Source: Okamejei kenojei (lineage: Eukaryota). Taken from it: a DNA stretch of 64,000 nucleotides. The notes beneath the pieces are model-generated. The model worked only from the letters and a program-made list of their open reading frames with translations, had not been told where the DNA came from and searched no databases. A program made the translations under genes and the position numbers. Positions 51,228-64,000 of the stretch are shown here, one piece after another; the stretch's first letter is position 1; each line of letters begins with the position of its first letter. The stretch spans positions 13,764,001 through 13,828,000 of the forward strand of contig CM069143.1 in assembly GCA_035221665.1 (NCBI GenBank), given 5' to 3'.

Positions 51228-51372
51228 CCATTGTGAAGGAAAGGTATTTGAAGTTCTCAACCACTTCTACTTCAGCAACATTGATGCTGACTGGGTCATG
51301 TACACAACCACACTTCCTGAAGTTGCTATGTAGCTCCTTTGTCTTGCTGATATTGAGGGTGAGGTTATTGGC
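51228..51372 (-). mobile_element. Rex1/Babar-like RT fragment
   Basis: NNLTLNISKTKEL..NFRK...VSINVAEVEVVENFKYL. Confidence 0.75.
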
Positions 51373-52009
51373 CGGATCAAGGGGTGGTACTGAACTTATT
51401 GTTGCCATATTCACTGAATTAATACTATGCTTTATGAAAGACTTAGAATAGGCAGATTACCATCTCAACTAAATACGTTTACCATGTTGTACAAATCCAT
51501 TAGAGCAGTTAGAGCATTGGAATTTATGGCAAATATGGGATCATTTTAGCTTTTATTGCCATCAGATAAAATCAGTCAGGTATGAAATGAGCTTATAGAG
51601 TGAACAAACTTCTAATGATCCACTGAGGTTAATATGGGAATCTCTGTTGTTGTTCCTATTAAAATTTAAATAATTATAAAGAATTCTGATGTAGCTTTCC
51701 AGAAATAAGTGTGACTGGTGAAAGATGTGTTAAATTCCCCCAAGCTATTCCTCTTAAACAGGAATACTGACGAAATTGTGATATTAATGTGGTAGATTTC
51801 ATCTGTAGAATTAATTTGTGAATAATAATTATTAATCTTTAACACTGAAGACCTTAATAGTTACCTGAGCAATCAGAGAGGGATTATTACCACTGCATAT
51901 TTCTTTGCAACATAGAGGGCCTATTCAACACAACAAGATCATGCCAGTTCTTAGAGCAATCCCCATTCCTTTCCTTGCAACCTATTCACTTATTCATGCC
52001 CACTAACAT

Positions 52010-52790
52010 TGTATTCCAAGTGGGTGGAAGGGGACTCTTGGACAATGTCAATGGATGTTCTCGCTCCCCCCGATGCCACTCCACTAATTTCAGTGGAGGA
52101 AATCTGCGAGTTCATCACGGCCACTGAAGGAGCCCAACATCGGCCAAGACTGGCCTCCCTCTGGTGGCCAAACTTACACGGGCTGATCTCATCATCCCCA
52201 AAAGGAGGGGGAGGGGCAATGTGGTGCAAGGGGAATGACCGGTGTCAGCTCTGCTCCTTCTTGGATGACCTGGGGAAGGACGCCAAGACCAAGAGCAGAG
52301 TCGTTCCTGTTGAGGGTAGAGGGACCAGTAGAGTGTCGCTTGTAGCCAAGGTCTGGAGGGCAAGGTGCACCGCCACTCCACCTAGGGTCCGTAGGGGGAG
52401 GAGCGGCTCTGCTGTCTGTGACTGAAGGACTGGTGACGAGATCTAGGGAGTGCATAGGCCGAAGATGTCCTGGTTGGGTTGCTCCTTGGCCTGGCCAGGC
52501 TGGCTATCCGCGCATCACGGCGCCAGGAGGCAGGAGGAAGAGGGCTTTGCCCAAGCCAGATGATTGCCCCTTTACTGGGGTTACATCTGTGCCCGGGTGG
52601 TGTTAGAGAGGGACATAGTTGTATAGTAGTTATTTAGTATATTTGTAACATAGTTGTTTGGAAATTTAGTGTCTGAATAATATGGTAATTTTGTAATATG
52701 GTGGTGGGTGTGTCACCACGGTTTTGTTTTATATTCTGATAGTAATTAAATATTATTTTTAATACAAAATAAAACATTGTATTATATGTC
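52010..52790 (+). mobile_element. L1/Tx1-clade LINE 3' fragment
   Basis: GC-rich block translating to EDVLVGLLLGLARLAIRASRRQ...GYICARVVLERD (Tx1-type ORF2 C-terminus), then an AT-rich UTR with AATAAA. Confidence 0.6.
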
Positions 52791-53762
52791 GACCGCTGCC
52801 AAATTGTTTGCAATTTTAAAGATAAATCAATCTTTTTGAAAAAATATATATATGCCTTCAATTGCAATAAATATTTGTCTTGATAGCATTCACAACCAAT
52901 CATCAAACCACTTTGCCAAATGCTAAACTGCTAAGGTGTTAAAGAGCAAAAAAATAAATAAATGTAGCTCCTACAATAACAATATTTAATTTACTTCCAT
53001 GAAGGATAAAGCTAAATGTTGTATATATTCTGAAGTGTAATTTCTTGCATTTCTCTCACGGGACTGATCAAAAACTTGTCACTATATTTTTATATTGTCA
53101 GTAACAGCCACTCAAATAATTCCGGCTAACTTTTAAAGCACTCCCATGTTTCTGGTGTTAAGGACCTCCTCAATCATGCAAAATTCTGTCTCTGCAAAGC
53201 AATGGTCACAAATCAAAAACATTGGCCAAACAATAGGAAAAATAAAGAGATGGTCTTTGTTTCAATTGTAAAATATGTGTCTCCTCGACCATCCACTTGA
53301 ACATGAAAGGGGCTGAAAAGGTAATCACTCAGAATGCAATGTTTAATGTTTCTGAATAGAGTTTCTGACTCTTTGCAAGTTCCTTATCGCAAAAGGTGCC
53401 ATGCTTGAGGCAAGCTGGGGATATTTACAGCTGTATGCTAGACATATTATTGTGGACATTCACAATTTCATTTCACTAAAGGGATGAAAGTATTTGATAA
53501 CCATTCTTTCTTGATAAGCTGGTTTTGATGAGGTGTATGAATACTCTGAAACACTAACAAGGATTCCCTCAGTAGGTTGTGCGGTTCTTTGTATCTGTCC
53601 TTAAGGAATGATCTTGAGTAAGATTTGGCACAGAGCTAATTTTCAAAAGGAGGCTGTTACCTTTCTGCAGTTTACGTGCAAGATTGCACTCCTGGTATCC
53701 ACAGAAAATTATTTGATTGTGATTTGAGGTGTTCAACTTTTCTACTTTATTTTTCCTTTATA

Positions 53763-54034
53763 CCAGCACAGTGGTGCAGCGATTGATTGCTGCCATGCAG
53801 CACCAGAGATTCAGGTTCGATTTTGACTATGGGTGCTCCCTGCATGGAGTCTGCACATTCTCCCTGTGACCACGTGGGTTTACTTTGGATGCTCTAGTTT
53901 TCACCCATTTTCTAAAGACATGCAGGTTTGTAGGTTTATTGTCTTCTGTTAATTGTCCTAGTGTACACGTGATCGCTGTGTGCTCGGTGGGCCAAAAGGC
54001 CTATTTCCATGCTATATCTCTAAAACTAAAACTA
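53763..54034 (+). mobile_element. HE1-like SINE
   Basis: cacagtggtgcagcg...caggttcga...gtgaccacgtgggtt...ctaaaactaaaact tail. Confidence 0.82.
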
Positions 54035-54457
54035 AGAAATGAAGGCCTGATAAAGAAGTGTCTAGAAATATTGCCCGTTAAATAAGGTTCCATCAATCTC
54101 TCGTCTCGGTGAGAGAAATGTCACGCAAGAGTGGAATTTTGATTATTGGTGAATTGCACCTAAGGAAAAATAGTAAGCTCAAAAAATGTTATACAAAAAG
54201 AACTCAGCATCTTATAGTTTGATTTATATTGCAGTTCTCAATGTACTTCTCAGGGAACAGCCAAGACATTAAATAAACATAATATTGTTGGCAGGTCATA
54301 TATGGAGAATACATTTACAAGTTGTGATTTTACAGTAGTAAATCGGTGTTTCTGGCAGTTCAATTTCAGTTTTCAGCTGGCTTTCTACATTAAATGCATC
54401 CATTCAGAATCAGTAGCCAATATTTTGGTGCAAACTCACCACAATAATTTTGAATAG

Positions 54458-54581
54458 GTAGGAAAGAACTGCAGATGCTAGTTTAAATCGAAGGTAGACA
54501 CAAAATGCTGGAGTAACTCAGTGGGACAGGCAGCATCTCTGGAGAGAAGGAATGGGTGACTTTTCGGCTCGAGACCCTTCT
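54458..54581 (-). mobile_element. PLE pLTR fragment
   Basis: gtaggaaagaactgcagatgc...ggagtaactcag...gagacccttct. Confidence 0.82.
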
Positions 54582-54622
54582 ATACTCAGCCACCAAAGGC
54601 GAGTCCCAATACATGAAAGCAT

Positions 54623-55584
54623 GTCTTCATTGGGAAATGGGGGTTCCCCTCTTCCATTATAGATAAGGCTCTCACTAGGGTCTCCTCGATATCCCGCAGC
54701 TCCACTCTTGCTCCCCCTCCCCCCATTCATAACAAGGAGAGAGTCCCCGTTGTTCTCACCTTCCAGCCCATCAGCCGTCGCATACAGAATATAATCCTCC
54801 AAACTTTTCGCCACTTCCAACATGATCCCACTACTGGCCACATCTTCCCATTTCCACCCCTTTCTGCTTTCCGCAGAGACCGTTCCCTCCAAAATTCCCT
54901 GGTCAACTCATCCCTTCCCACCCAAACCACCCCCTCCCCAGGTACTTTCCCCTGCAACCGCAGGAGAGGCAACACCTGTCCCTTTACCTCCCTCCTCGAC
55001 TCTATCCAAGTACCCAAATAGTCTTTCCAGGTGAAGCAGAGGTTCACTTGCACCTGCTCCAACCTCATCTACTGTATCTGCTGCTCCAGGTGTCAACTTC
55101 TCTACATCAGCGACCAAGTGCAGGCTCAGCGATCGTTTCACTGAACACCTCCGCTCAGTCTGTCTTAACTGATCTCCCGGTTGCTCAGCACTTCAACTCT
55201 CCCTCCCATTCCCAAACTGACCTTTCTGTCCTGGGCATCCTCCATTGACAGAGTGAGGCCCAACGCAAATTGTAGGAACAGCACTTCATATTTTGCTTGG
55301 GTAGTTTACACCCCAGCAGTATGAACATTAACTTCTCTAACTTAAAATTGCCTTTGCTTTCCCTCTCTATCCCCTACCCCTTTCCCAGTTCTCCCACCAG
55401 TCTTACTGTCTCCGACTACATTCTATCTTTTTCCCGCCCACTCCCCTGACATCAATCTGAAGAAGGATCTCGACCCGAAACGTCATCCATTCCTTCTCTC
55501 CTGAGATGCTGCCTGTCCCGCTGAGTTACTCCAGCATTTTGTGTCTACCTTCGATTTAAACCAGCATCGGCAGGTCTTTCTTAC
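54623..55584 (+). mobile_element. Penelope-like element 3' part (thumb/linker, GIY-YIG, pLTR)
   Basis: RVPVVLTF, GTFPCNRRRGNTCP, FTCTCSNLIYCICCSRCQLLYI, PVAQHFNSPSH; TSD ACATGAAAGCAT (54611-54622, 55585-55596). Confidence 0.92.
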
Positions 55585-56384
55585 ACATGAAAGCATCTTG
55601 TGGAAATTCACGTTTACTTTGTTGATAACTGTGTGAATCAGTGCAAGATGTTCCGGACTTAAAACTACCTCTGCGCCAAGTACGTTTTCTTTTAATCGGC
55701 TTACAATTCTTGAAGGAGAAATTTGACTTTGGTTGCTGCTGCTAATGACATAATACTGCTGGATGTACTCATCTCAGCCTATTGACATCAATGGAAACTA
55801 ATGTGCAGAGGTGGAACAGAATGTGCAGAGGTGAATGCAACCAGCGTCTGATACTTCAGCACTAATGGAAGATTAAGAGATTAATTTTGTACGCATCAAT
55901 CTACTTCGACTCCTTTTTATTTGGAAGCATTATCTCATTATAGTTTATAGGCCTTCACTATATCTCCCTTAAGATGTCAATTCTCAGCTAGTTCAAAACC
56001 AAAGTTTCAGAGTTTTAAAGAAAGATGTATTAAATTAAATAATTTAAATAATTTCCATGCTCCACTGTTATAGAGTCCTTTACTTTACTTTTTGATTTCT
56101 GTTCCACAACGTTTTGATGGAAATGGAATGTGTGCAAATGGGTGCTCGCTGGTTGTTATGGAGACAGTGGGGTAAGAAAGTATTTCAGTGCCATATGACA
56201 CTAAAATGTCTACAACTCCATGTTTAATCTGGATGTGAAGCCTTAAACACTTTACTGTAGTATATCTACATTGTGCTAATATCTCAAACTGCTTACATAT
56301 TACTCTATCATTCTCCCGCCATCCCTTCTTGGTTAAAATTATTTTAAATTATTCTCTCTTATTTTGGATCTTTATCCATTTGGA

Positions 56385-56530
56385 ATAAGCTAGGGATCAA
56401 GGGATATGGGGAAAAAGCAGGAACGGGATAATGATTTTGGATGATCAGCTATGATCATATTGAATGGCTTGAATAGCTGAATGGCCTACTCCTGCACCTA
56501 TTTTATACGTTTCTATGTTCTATGTTTCTA
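56385..56530 (+). mobile_element. CR1 3' tail
   Basis: gaatggcctactcctgcacctat followed by (ttctatgt)n; a reverse-orientation tail lies at about 57035-57118. Confidence 0.8.
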
Positions 56531-59500
56531 AGGGCATAATAAGGATAATGGTTTATCCTAAACCATTAAAATAAGTTTGAATTTTCACGGCTTTCTTTAA
56601 AGCAACGAGCAGCCACGTGGACAATATATTGTGAACACTTGCCAGAAATGTGAGTGGCAAAGCCATTATTACATTAATGTGCAATGACATATGCCCAAAG
56701 GTAGACGAACCAGAACCCTCAACAGATGGTGGTCAGTGGCCTGCAGCAGCAACAGATTAGGCCCAAAATATATAACAAAACCTTTCACTGTCAATGTTAA
56801 ACAACATCATATTGGAAGATAGAAACCAAAGATGTACATGATTCATTTTTTTCAGAATGACTTCTGTGTCAAAAGTATACATTGCTCTGCTCCTCCATCT
56901 GAATGTTTAAGCTACTTTTTTTTTTTCAGAGATTATATGATTCTGAAGATATTCAGTGTTAAATTGAGCTTCAACACCTCTTTTTACAACCTTTTGGCTA
57001 TGGAAATGTGAGATGAAAATCTGATTTAGGATTCATAGAAACATAGAAAATAGATGCAGGAGGAGGCCATTCAGCCATTCGAGCCAACACCACCATTCAT
57101 TGTGATCATGGCTGATCCTTATACAGATTCCTTAGACAGTTGAAGAATTGAGCAACAACTTGATTTTAAATGATTACAGTTTGTGACTACTTGGCTATGA
57201 TATAGTTTAAGGAAATGACTACATCAACCAAGTTTAAATATATTGTTGAATAATCTTCTCTGTTTGTTGAAAACAAATGAAACATTATAGTTTAGAACAC
57301 TTCGGATACAATCCAGATTTGACATCTATTGAATTGCCCTTTTATCTCTGCTCTATTCCTCCACAGATTTTGTCCCACCTCTTAAATCAGTCAGTTGTTT
57401 ATACTGTTTAATATTTTTGCCAGCACATCAGAGTAATTCCTCATCCTCGGCGAAGTAAAACCTTTCATTCCCTATGCAGCATGTACAATCAGTTGCAAAG
57501 AGCAAATCCCATTCAATAACATTTCACGGTGCTTTCTGCAACACCTTGATATGTTAATATACCAGAGAAAAACAGACTAAATTTTCAACCGTCCAAAACT
57601 CTTGTCCGCATGTTATTGCAATTTAGCAGCGTGTGAAGAAAGCATGACCCCATCAGCAGCAGAAATAACTTCTTCATGTGTTAATTTTCAACGTATTTTA
57701 TAGTTTCTCCAAGCTTACAAGTCAAGATTCAAAATATATTTAAGTTAACAGGTGACAGAATCTTGAAGCAAATTGAATACAGTTTTATCGAAATGTATGG
57801 TATTTCAATGAAAGTGGAAATGTGTGTCTGCTGTCTTTTAGATCTGAAAGGCAGGCAGTCATTGGAATACATTTCTATTGATCTGTGAATCCATTTGTTG
57901 CCTTGAAGTTTAATTTTGTATATTTTCATTCAAAAAAATATGAGATAGTGCCCCCTGTGTCCAAGACTTGCTAATTACATGTGATTATGGGGCAGTAATT
58001 ATATGAATACAAGTCTTGTTCTATCTCTTTCGCACAAAATGACTATATTTAGATTGTAAGTGGTTCAGCCATTCTGCACAGTGACACCACTCAAGAAATG
58101 GCTTGAACATTGGTCCTTACATTGACTGTGCCTCTGAACACAATCACACACATTGCTGCTGATTGTGGCTCAGGAATCTTATTCATCCTAGCCCAACAAA
58201 ACGTCATGATCATGTGTTCGTGGCTGCTTCTTGTAGCTGCACCACATTGCCTGTTATTAATCTTTGAAATGTGTTGGCACTGCTGACAGAGTTTACATCT
58301 ATTACCTATCCCTACAGAGCCAGGAGAATATTGCACCACACCTCCAGTGCAATATGTGCTGAAGGTACTGCCATTGTGCTGATGTGTATGGGAGTTGCAG
58401 GATTTAGACTAGACGTGATCAGTTTGTATGATAGTATATATTGTATAATTTGTAAGATAGGTGATTTTTAAAGGGGAACTTGCAGGGGGTGAAGTCACTT
58501 GTGCCAGCTTTCTTTGTCCTTCTGGATGATAAATATCATCAACTTGAGTGATTTTGATGAAAAATTCTGAGCAAATCCCTTCAAATGTTATGCTCTTTGG
58601 CCATGATCTGCCAAGGGAAGAGGGAATGAACATTGACTGGCGCAATAGAGGGGTCAAACAAACGGAACAGTACCAAGCTTCTTCAGTGTTTATGGAGAAT
58701 CTCCTGCAGCCATTGCCTTCCTGACTCATGCCTTGCAGCTGATGAAATGGCATTGGGAAATCAGAAGGCAAGTCAATTGCCGATGGATACCAATAGACCT
58801 TTGATTTAATCTTGTAGTCCGGCTCCCTATTTTCCTGTTTTGCTTAATTTTCTACCTAATAGTGAACCTCAGAATGTTAACAATGAGGTATTGGGTGGTG
58901 GTAATGGCCATTGAATATTAGGAGGATATAGTGAGATGCTCTCTACTTGGAGCTGTTCACAGCTTGGTAGTTCCATGTATTTCTGGCCACTTGTTACCCC
59001 ATTATAAATATTATCTACAGACTTTGATACATACAAGCATAAATGGATTTATTAATTCGGAGTTGCAGGAAAAAAAAATGTTATGCAACAGTCTACTTTT
59101 TTATGGAAGAGTCTTGGGTTTCACTTTGATTGATCTAGGTGCTTACAACTTGCTGAAAATTTAAGTACAGCCAGTTTTCCACTATTTATGAAAAGGACAA
59201 GCAATGCTTATAGTGCTGATCTTGTAATCTAGGGATCTAAATTAATGAGTGAAAGATCTAGATACAATTTCCAAGCCACTCCCCACTCCCACGACACCAT
59301 AATAATTAAAAGTTAATTAATTAAATCAATCTGAAAACAGAATCCAGGAACTACCTATTGTGTCATACTGGTTTAACGGTATTGTATTTTGCCTTTGGTT
59401 CAAAACTGAATTTGAACCAAACCATAGCATTCCAACTCATTCATCTTTTCTCAGATGTTAATCACTTTTAGCATGGAGAAGAGGACTCAGTATATCAGAG

Positions 59501-60372
59501 AGTTGTTAAAGCTAATGTCAGACAAAACAAAATATGAATTATGCTATCCCCGTTAGTCAATGGACGTTTGTATTGATACATGCGTTCATTGAGGTATTTG
59601 TATTTAAATGTAATCTTAATTAATGAATTAATGCCATCCTTGTCCTACAGTTCTGTTAGTTTATTCCAAAACTCTGAACAAGGACCTTTAGAAGTGCAAG
59701 GTCTGCAATTCTCTGAAATATGCTTGAAGGCCAAGGATTGCTAGGAATAGGAAACTGAGTAAGTCCAGAATTTGCCCATTTGATATCTTTTTGAAGGACC
59801 ATTGATATTGGTGATCAATAAATGATAAATTAGACCTTTATGGATATTGATTGCGCCTGTTGTATCTGTGCACTGGTTAAATATTGCAGGATTCAGATTT
59901 TTCATTTTCTCTGCTGTAGTTTGTAATATACCTCAAGTATGTTGGACTCTGATGTGCATTCGATACTCTTGGGTACTGTAAATACAGGTGATACATGTTC
60001 CTGTGTATAGATTGTCACGCTAAATAATGTCAAATTCGATGCCTTATGCACAACATACACTGAAAAATTATAGGAAATAGTATTCATTGCCTGTGGGTGT
60101 GTGATACAGTTTAATAAAACAGGGATGTCATGAATCCATCAAAAGAGAAAATCATACATTAAGAATATCATGGCAGTTGCTTCTAAGATTTAATTTATCC
60201 CAAAGTAAAAAGTAGTTTGGAAAGCACTCTTCTTGATAATGCTCCTAAAATGTTTGATCAGTATGGACCCTTGATTCCAAAGCAAATCCCTTGATTTATT
60301 GATTCTAGGATTATATATTTTTTTGTTATGACTTCAGATGCAATTTAATGTTTTCTGCAACCTCTTGATACC

Positions 60373-60690
60373 AGGCAGCTCAATGGTGCAGCTAATGGAG
60401 CTGCTGCCTCACAGTGCCAGAGACCCAGGTTTGATCCTGACCTTAGGTGTCGTCTGTGTTTAGTTTGCACATTCTCCCTGTGTCTCCATGTGTTTCCTCC
60501 AAGGTCTAAGGTTTCCTCCCACTTTCCGAAGACCTGTGGGTTTCTAGGCTAATTGGCCTCTGAAAAATGGGTCCCAGTGTGCAGGGAGTGAATAGTAAAG
60601 TGGGATAATATGGAACTAGAGTGAATGGATGATCGATGGTCGGTGTAGACATGCTGGGACAAAGGGTCGATTTCCATGCTGTATCTTTCA
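60373..60690 (+). mobile_element. HE1-like SINE
   Basis: gagctgctgcctcacagtgccagagacccaggtttgatcctgacc...tttccatgctgtatct. Confidence 0.85.
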
Positions 60691-60744
60691 ATTACTTGTC
60701 ATCCATGTGGCTACTTTCCACGATCGAACTGAGGTATGCAACAT

Positions 60745-61430
60745 AAGAGACTTCAGATCCTAGAATCTTGAGCAAAAAGAAGCTGCTATGTCAGGTAGCA
60801 GCTGGGGGGGAGGGGGGGAATGGACAGATGATATTTCTGGTTTAGTTATCTTCAGACTGATGGAGAGGGCTGATAACGTAGAAGGATGTAAGGGGAAGAG
60901 ATGGGGCAAGATCTGACGTGATAGATGGATCCTGGTAAGGAGGGGTTGATTGTGAGATGAGTCAGGTGTGGGAGGGGGGGGGGGGGGGGGTTGGGGGGGG
61001 GTTGGGGGGGGGGGGGGGAGAAAGGTGGAAATAGTCACCAAGGCTGGAGGATAAAGGGATTAAAATGGTGGAAACTGATAATGTAAGTGGGGAGTGAAAT
61101 GTGGAACCAAGGGAGGGAGGGATGGTGGATAGATGGCAACTATGGAGTAGGGGGGTTGATGAGGTGGGTGGAGGACATGGATGAGAGGATAATAAACTAG
61201 GGTTGGGGAGTATGAAAAGAAATGTGTGTCGGGGTGGGGACCTGGTAGAATAGAAGGGGAACAGTGTTCATGTCATTGGATTTTAGGCTACCCAAGTGGA
61301 ATATAAAGTAGTGTTTTTCCATTTCTGGTGTGACTTCAACAGACCAGTTTTGGTGACACAAGCAAACACACAAAAGATCGACCTGAACTAACAGCTTCTG
61401 TTTGCTCAAGATTATAGGATCTGCAGTCTC
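60745..61430 (-). mobile_element. Degenerate PLE with poly-G tract
   Basis: Minus-strand MEKHYFIFHLGSLKSNDMN (GIY-YIG end), ttcagactga motif, G-runs at 60968-61020. Confidence 0.65.
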
Positions 61431-61489
61431 TTATGTTGATTACAGCAGTTCGATGGTAGAAAGTAGCCACTGAGGTGAGAATTAATTAA

Positions 61490-61728
61490 TTGATTGAAAG
61501 GTACAACATGGAAACAAATCCTTTAACCCATCAGGTAATCTGACCTTCAGTGGAGACCACCAGTTTAAATTCAATTTGGAATATTTTGGAGGACCAAGAA
61601 CCAAGATCCATTCTTACCAAGTCAATGGGAGAACATGCAAACTCCACACAGATAGCAGCCGAGGTTAGGATCAAATCCGGGTCTCTGGCACAGTGAAGGC
61701 GCAGCTCTACGATTGCACCACTGTGCCG
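61490..61728 (-). mobile_element. HE1-like SINE
   Basis: gcaaactccacacagatagc...ggatcaaatccgggtctctggcacagtgaaggcgcagctctac...gcaccactgtgcc. Confidence 0.82.
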
Positions 61729-62022
61729 CTGCTTATGTTTAAACCACTTGATTATACATGATTTTGAAACAACTCTGTGCATAAGAGCACCTCCAAATTA
61801 TATTTGACAAAACCTGTCGGGGACAATGAACAGTTTAAATTGATAGTCAAGCATTTGCTCATTGATTATTCTACTGTATAAACATTTATATAATTTCAAT
61901 ACTTGCTTTATTATCATATAGCTTATTTGACCTACTAAGTGCCTGCTGGTTGAAAATGAAGCATTCAGCAGGATCTACCTCTTAACCCTTACTCTGAGGC
62001 CTTGTATGTTGTGGCACACTAA

Positions 62023-62646
62023 AGGGCCTGTCCCACTTGGGCGTCATTTGTGCGTCATTTATGCGACATCCTAAAAATTGTTTGGTGCGTCGTGACACGG
62101 GCATGGTGAGTCGTGGTGTCGTATGCAGTGACACGTGGTAACGCGCTGCGCCCCAGGATTTTGGAGGGGTCAAAATCCTCGCGCACCACCTGTGTGACGT
62201 ATCCGTTGCGCACATTGACGTACTGATGGCGTACGCGGATGTACTGGCGCCGTATGTGTAGCGCGTGGTGACGCATGGTTACACATGGTGATGCATGAAC
62301 ATTGCCTACGCTAATTTATTATACATCACCGTGCATCAACGTTCGTAACCTTGCACCACCCGTATGCCGTGGGCGAGCCATTTGCGCATCATTTGAGCGC
62401 CGCACCACGTGACCACCCGGGTATGAAGCGCACGTAGTTTTGAAAAATTTTCACTGGGAAAATCCTTGCCATGGAGATCAGACTAAGTACGAACGCAAAT
62501 GGCTTCCAAAAGAAGCAGGGCCCTCAAGAGCACTTGGAGCTCGACTGTCGTACTGCTAGAAGATTTTTGCGCGACTGTCGCGCGTCAGTCACTAACGGCC
62601 TGTCGAGTAAATGACATGCAAATGACGCCCAAGTGGGACAGGCCCT
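62023..62646. mobile_element. Harbinger/Tourist-type MITE (624 bp)
   Basis: TIRs agggcctgtcccacttgggcgtcatttg / caaatgacgcccaagtgggacaggccct; TAA on the left, TGA on the right; CpG-rich. Confidence 0.92.
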
Positions 62647-62939
62647 TGAGTCCTCATCGAGGTAGTTTTGAAATGCTGGTGAGTGTTTCTGCTTCATCAC
62701 CCTTTCTGATTTCCACACCTTCTGTAGCACCCCCCTGGTGGCAACATTTTTCTTCAATACCATCTCAATCTTTCTACTTTCCTTTAAATCTATCCTCCCT
62801 AAATAGTGATCGCTCTACCAGGAGAATTAAGTCCTCTTATCCACTCTCGCTAGGCCTCCCATACTTTCATACATCTTTGTCAAATCTCTCCTCAGCGTCT
62901 TTTGTTCCTGCCCAGCCAGAATAGAATGATAGACGTGTT

Positions 62940-63260
62940 CTGGTACCGAAGAAGTCCATATGGCCAGTCACATCCATGCCTTGCCTTTGTAGAATAATCT
63001 CATCAGTCCCATTTGCCTGTACTTTCCCCTCAGTTCTGCAAATTGTTCTCACTCAAATGCCTATTCAATTACCATTTGAAGGCAGTGATTGATGCTGTTT
63101 CCTTCATCCCTAAAGGTAGTAATTTTTCATAACTGAAATTCACCAGTCTTGGCAACTTCATCATGTGTCTTCTGTGTACTGTTTGTATTCCTATCACATC
63201 CTTCATGTAATGTAGTGATCAAAACAGTATATAAGATTTTAACTGTGGCCTAACCAGCAG
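62940..63260 (-). mobile_element. Old CR1 fragment
   Basis: tcacatccttcatgtaatgtagtgatcaaaacagtat...aactgtggcctaaccag (reverse of LVRPQL..C.Q.WS). Confidence 0.55.
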
Positions 63261-64000
63261 AGTTCAAGTTTGATCTCCCCATCCATTCTCTCTTTGGCTG
63301 AAGGCATGATCTTTATCATATATCATGTGGTGTTTTAGGGTAAACAGAAATGCACACTGGACCACCAATGGTGTGATCGCAGATGTGAAAGTTTATTTAA
63401 GGGAGAATTATTGATCCTCTTTGTTGATACAAATTTCATGTTATGATTGTTTACTATTGTGAATAATGTAATTGGCTGTAAAGCACTTTTGGAGCATCTA
63501 AGATTACTACATTGTATTTATGGGTTTTTTTTAATTTGTAGTTTGTTATCTAGAAAAATAAATAAATCATTCTTTGAATAAAATGTTTTTGGGGAGGGAG
63601 TTTATGCTTGCTCATATTGGTTAATCAATGAATTTGTTTTTGAGGGAATTTTATTTTGCTGGCAGATCTGTCAGTCAATAGAAATGTGCTACAAATCCAA
63701 GAATATTACAACTTTAAAAATCAAGCGCCTCTTGAAATATATAAACAGTTGAACACCTCATTCCAATTAATTGGTTTTCCAAATTTTTGAAATGTGTTTT
63801 TAAGTTACTCCTTAAAAAAATCCCCATAGCAATTTTTGAGCAAACACCATGTGAAAAAGAGGAAAATGACATGCTGTTCAAATTTTCATCCGTCCAGTTT
63901 TGTTTTGAAATTCACAAATATGGAGGAATTTCACCGAATGGCAGTATAACAGCATCACATATTTATTATTCTGCCAAAGGTGTATTGCCTCTCGGGTATG

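Noticed and set aside
54458-55584. A single PLE with an inverted 5' pLTR
   Set aside because: The TSD brackets only 54623-55584; the upstream inverted arm is separated by about 40 bp and is treated as a separate insertion, though a linked event is possible
1-64000. The many short ORFs in the six-frame track as host genes
   Set aside because: They are short, lack recognisable domains or lie in repeats; no convincing spliced exon chain was seen. Small exons cannot be excluded by eye

Overview
This is a eukaryotic, AT-rich, repeat-dense intronic or intergenic window. The repeat complement (HE1/V-SINE-like tRNA SINEs, CR1 LINEs, Penelope-like elements, Rex1/Babar) points to a cartilaginous fish such as a skate or ray; this is an inference. 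I found no host protein-coding exon, rRNA, true tRNA or CRISPR array, and every recognisable ORF is a transposon relic. The main structures are: (1) a Gypsy LTR retrotransposon (13205-16507, TSD GCCTC) nested in a Penelope-like element (PLE), with scrambled internal order and CTCF-like motifs in both LTRs; (2) a PIF/Harbinger deletion derivative (4847-6330), related MITEs and an older Harbinger transposase fossil; (3) about 20 PLE fragments, several with an intact minimal hammerhead-ribozyme core, including a same-orientation pair at about 50.2 and 50.6 kb; (4) short copies of nearby genomic DNA that recur at retroelement junctions; (5) several unique, CNE-like blocks. All alignments and coordinates were read by eye. 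TSD- or TIR-defined ends should be nearly exact, while ends of degenerate repeats are approximate.
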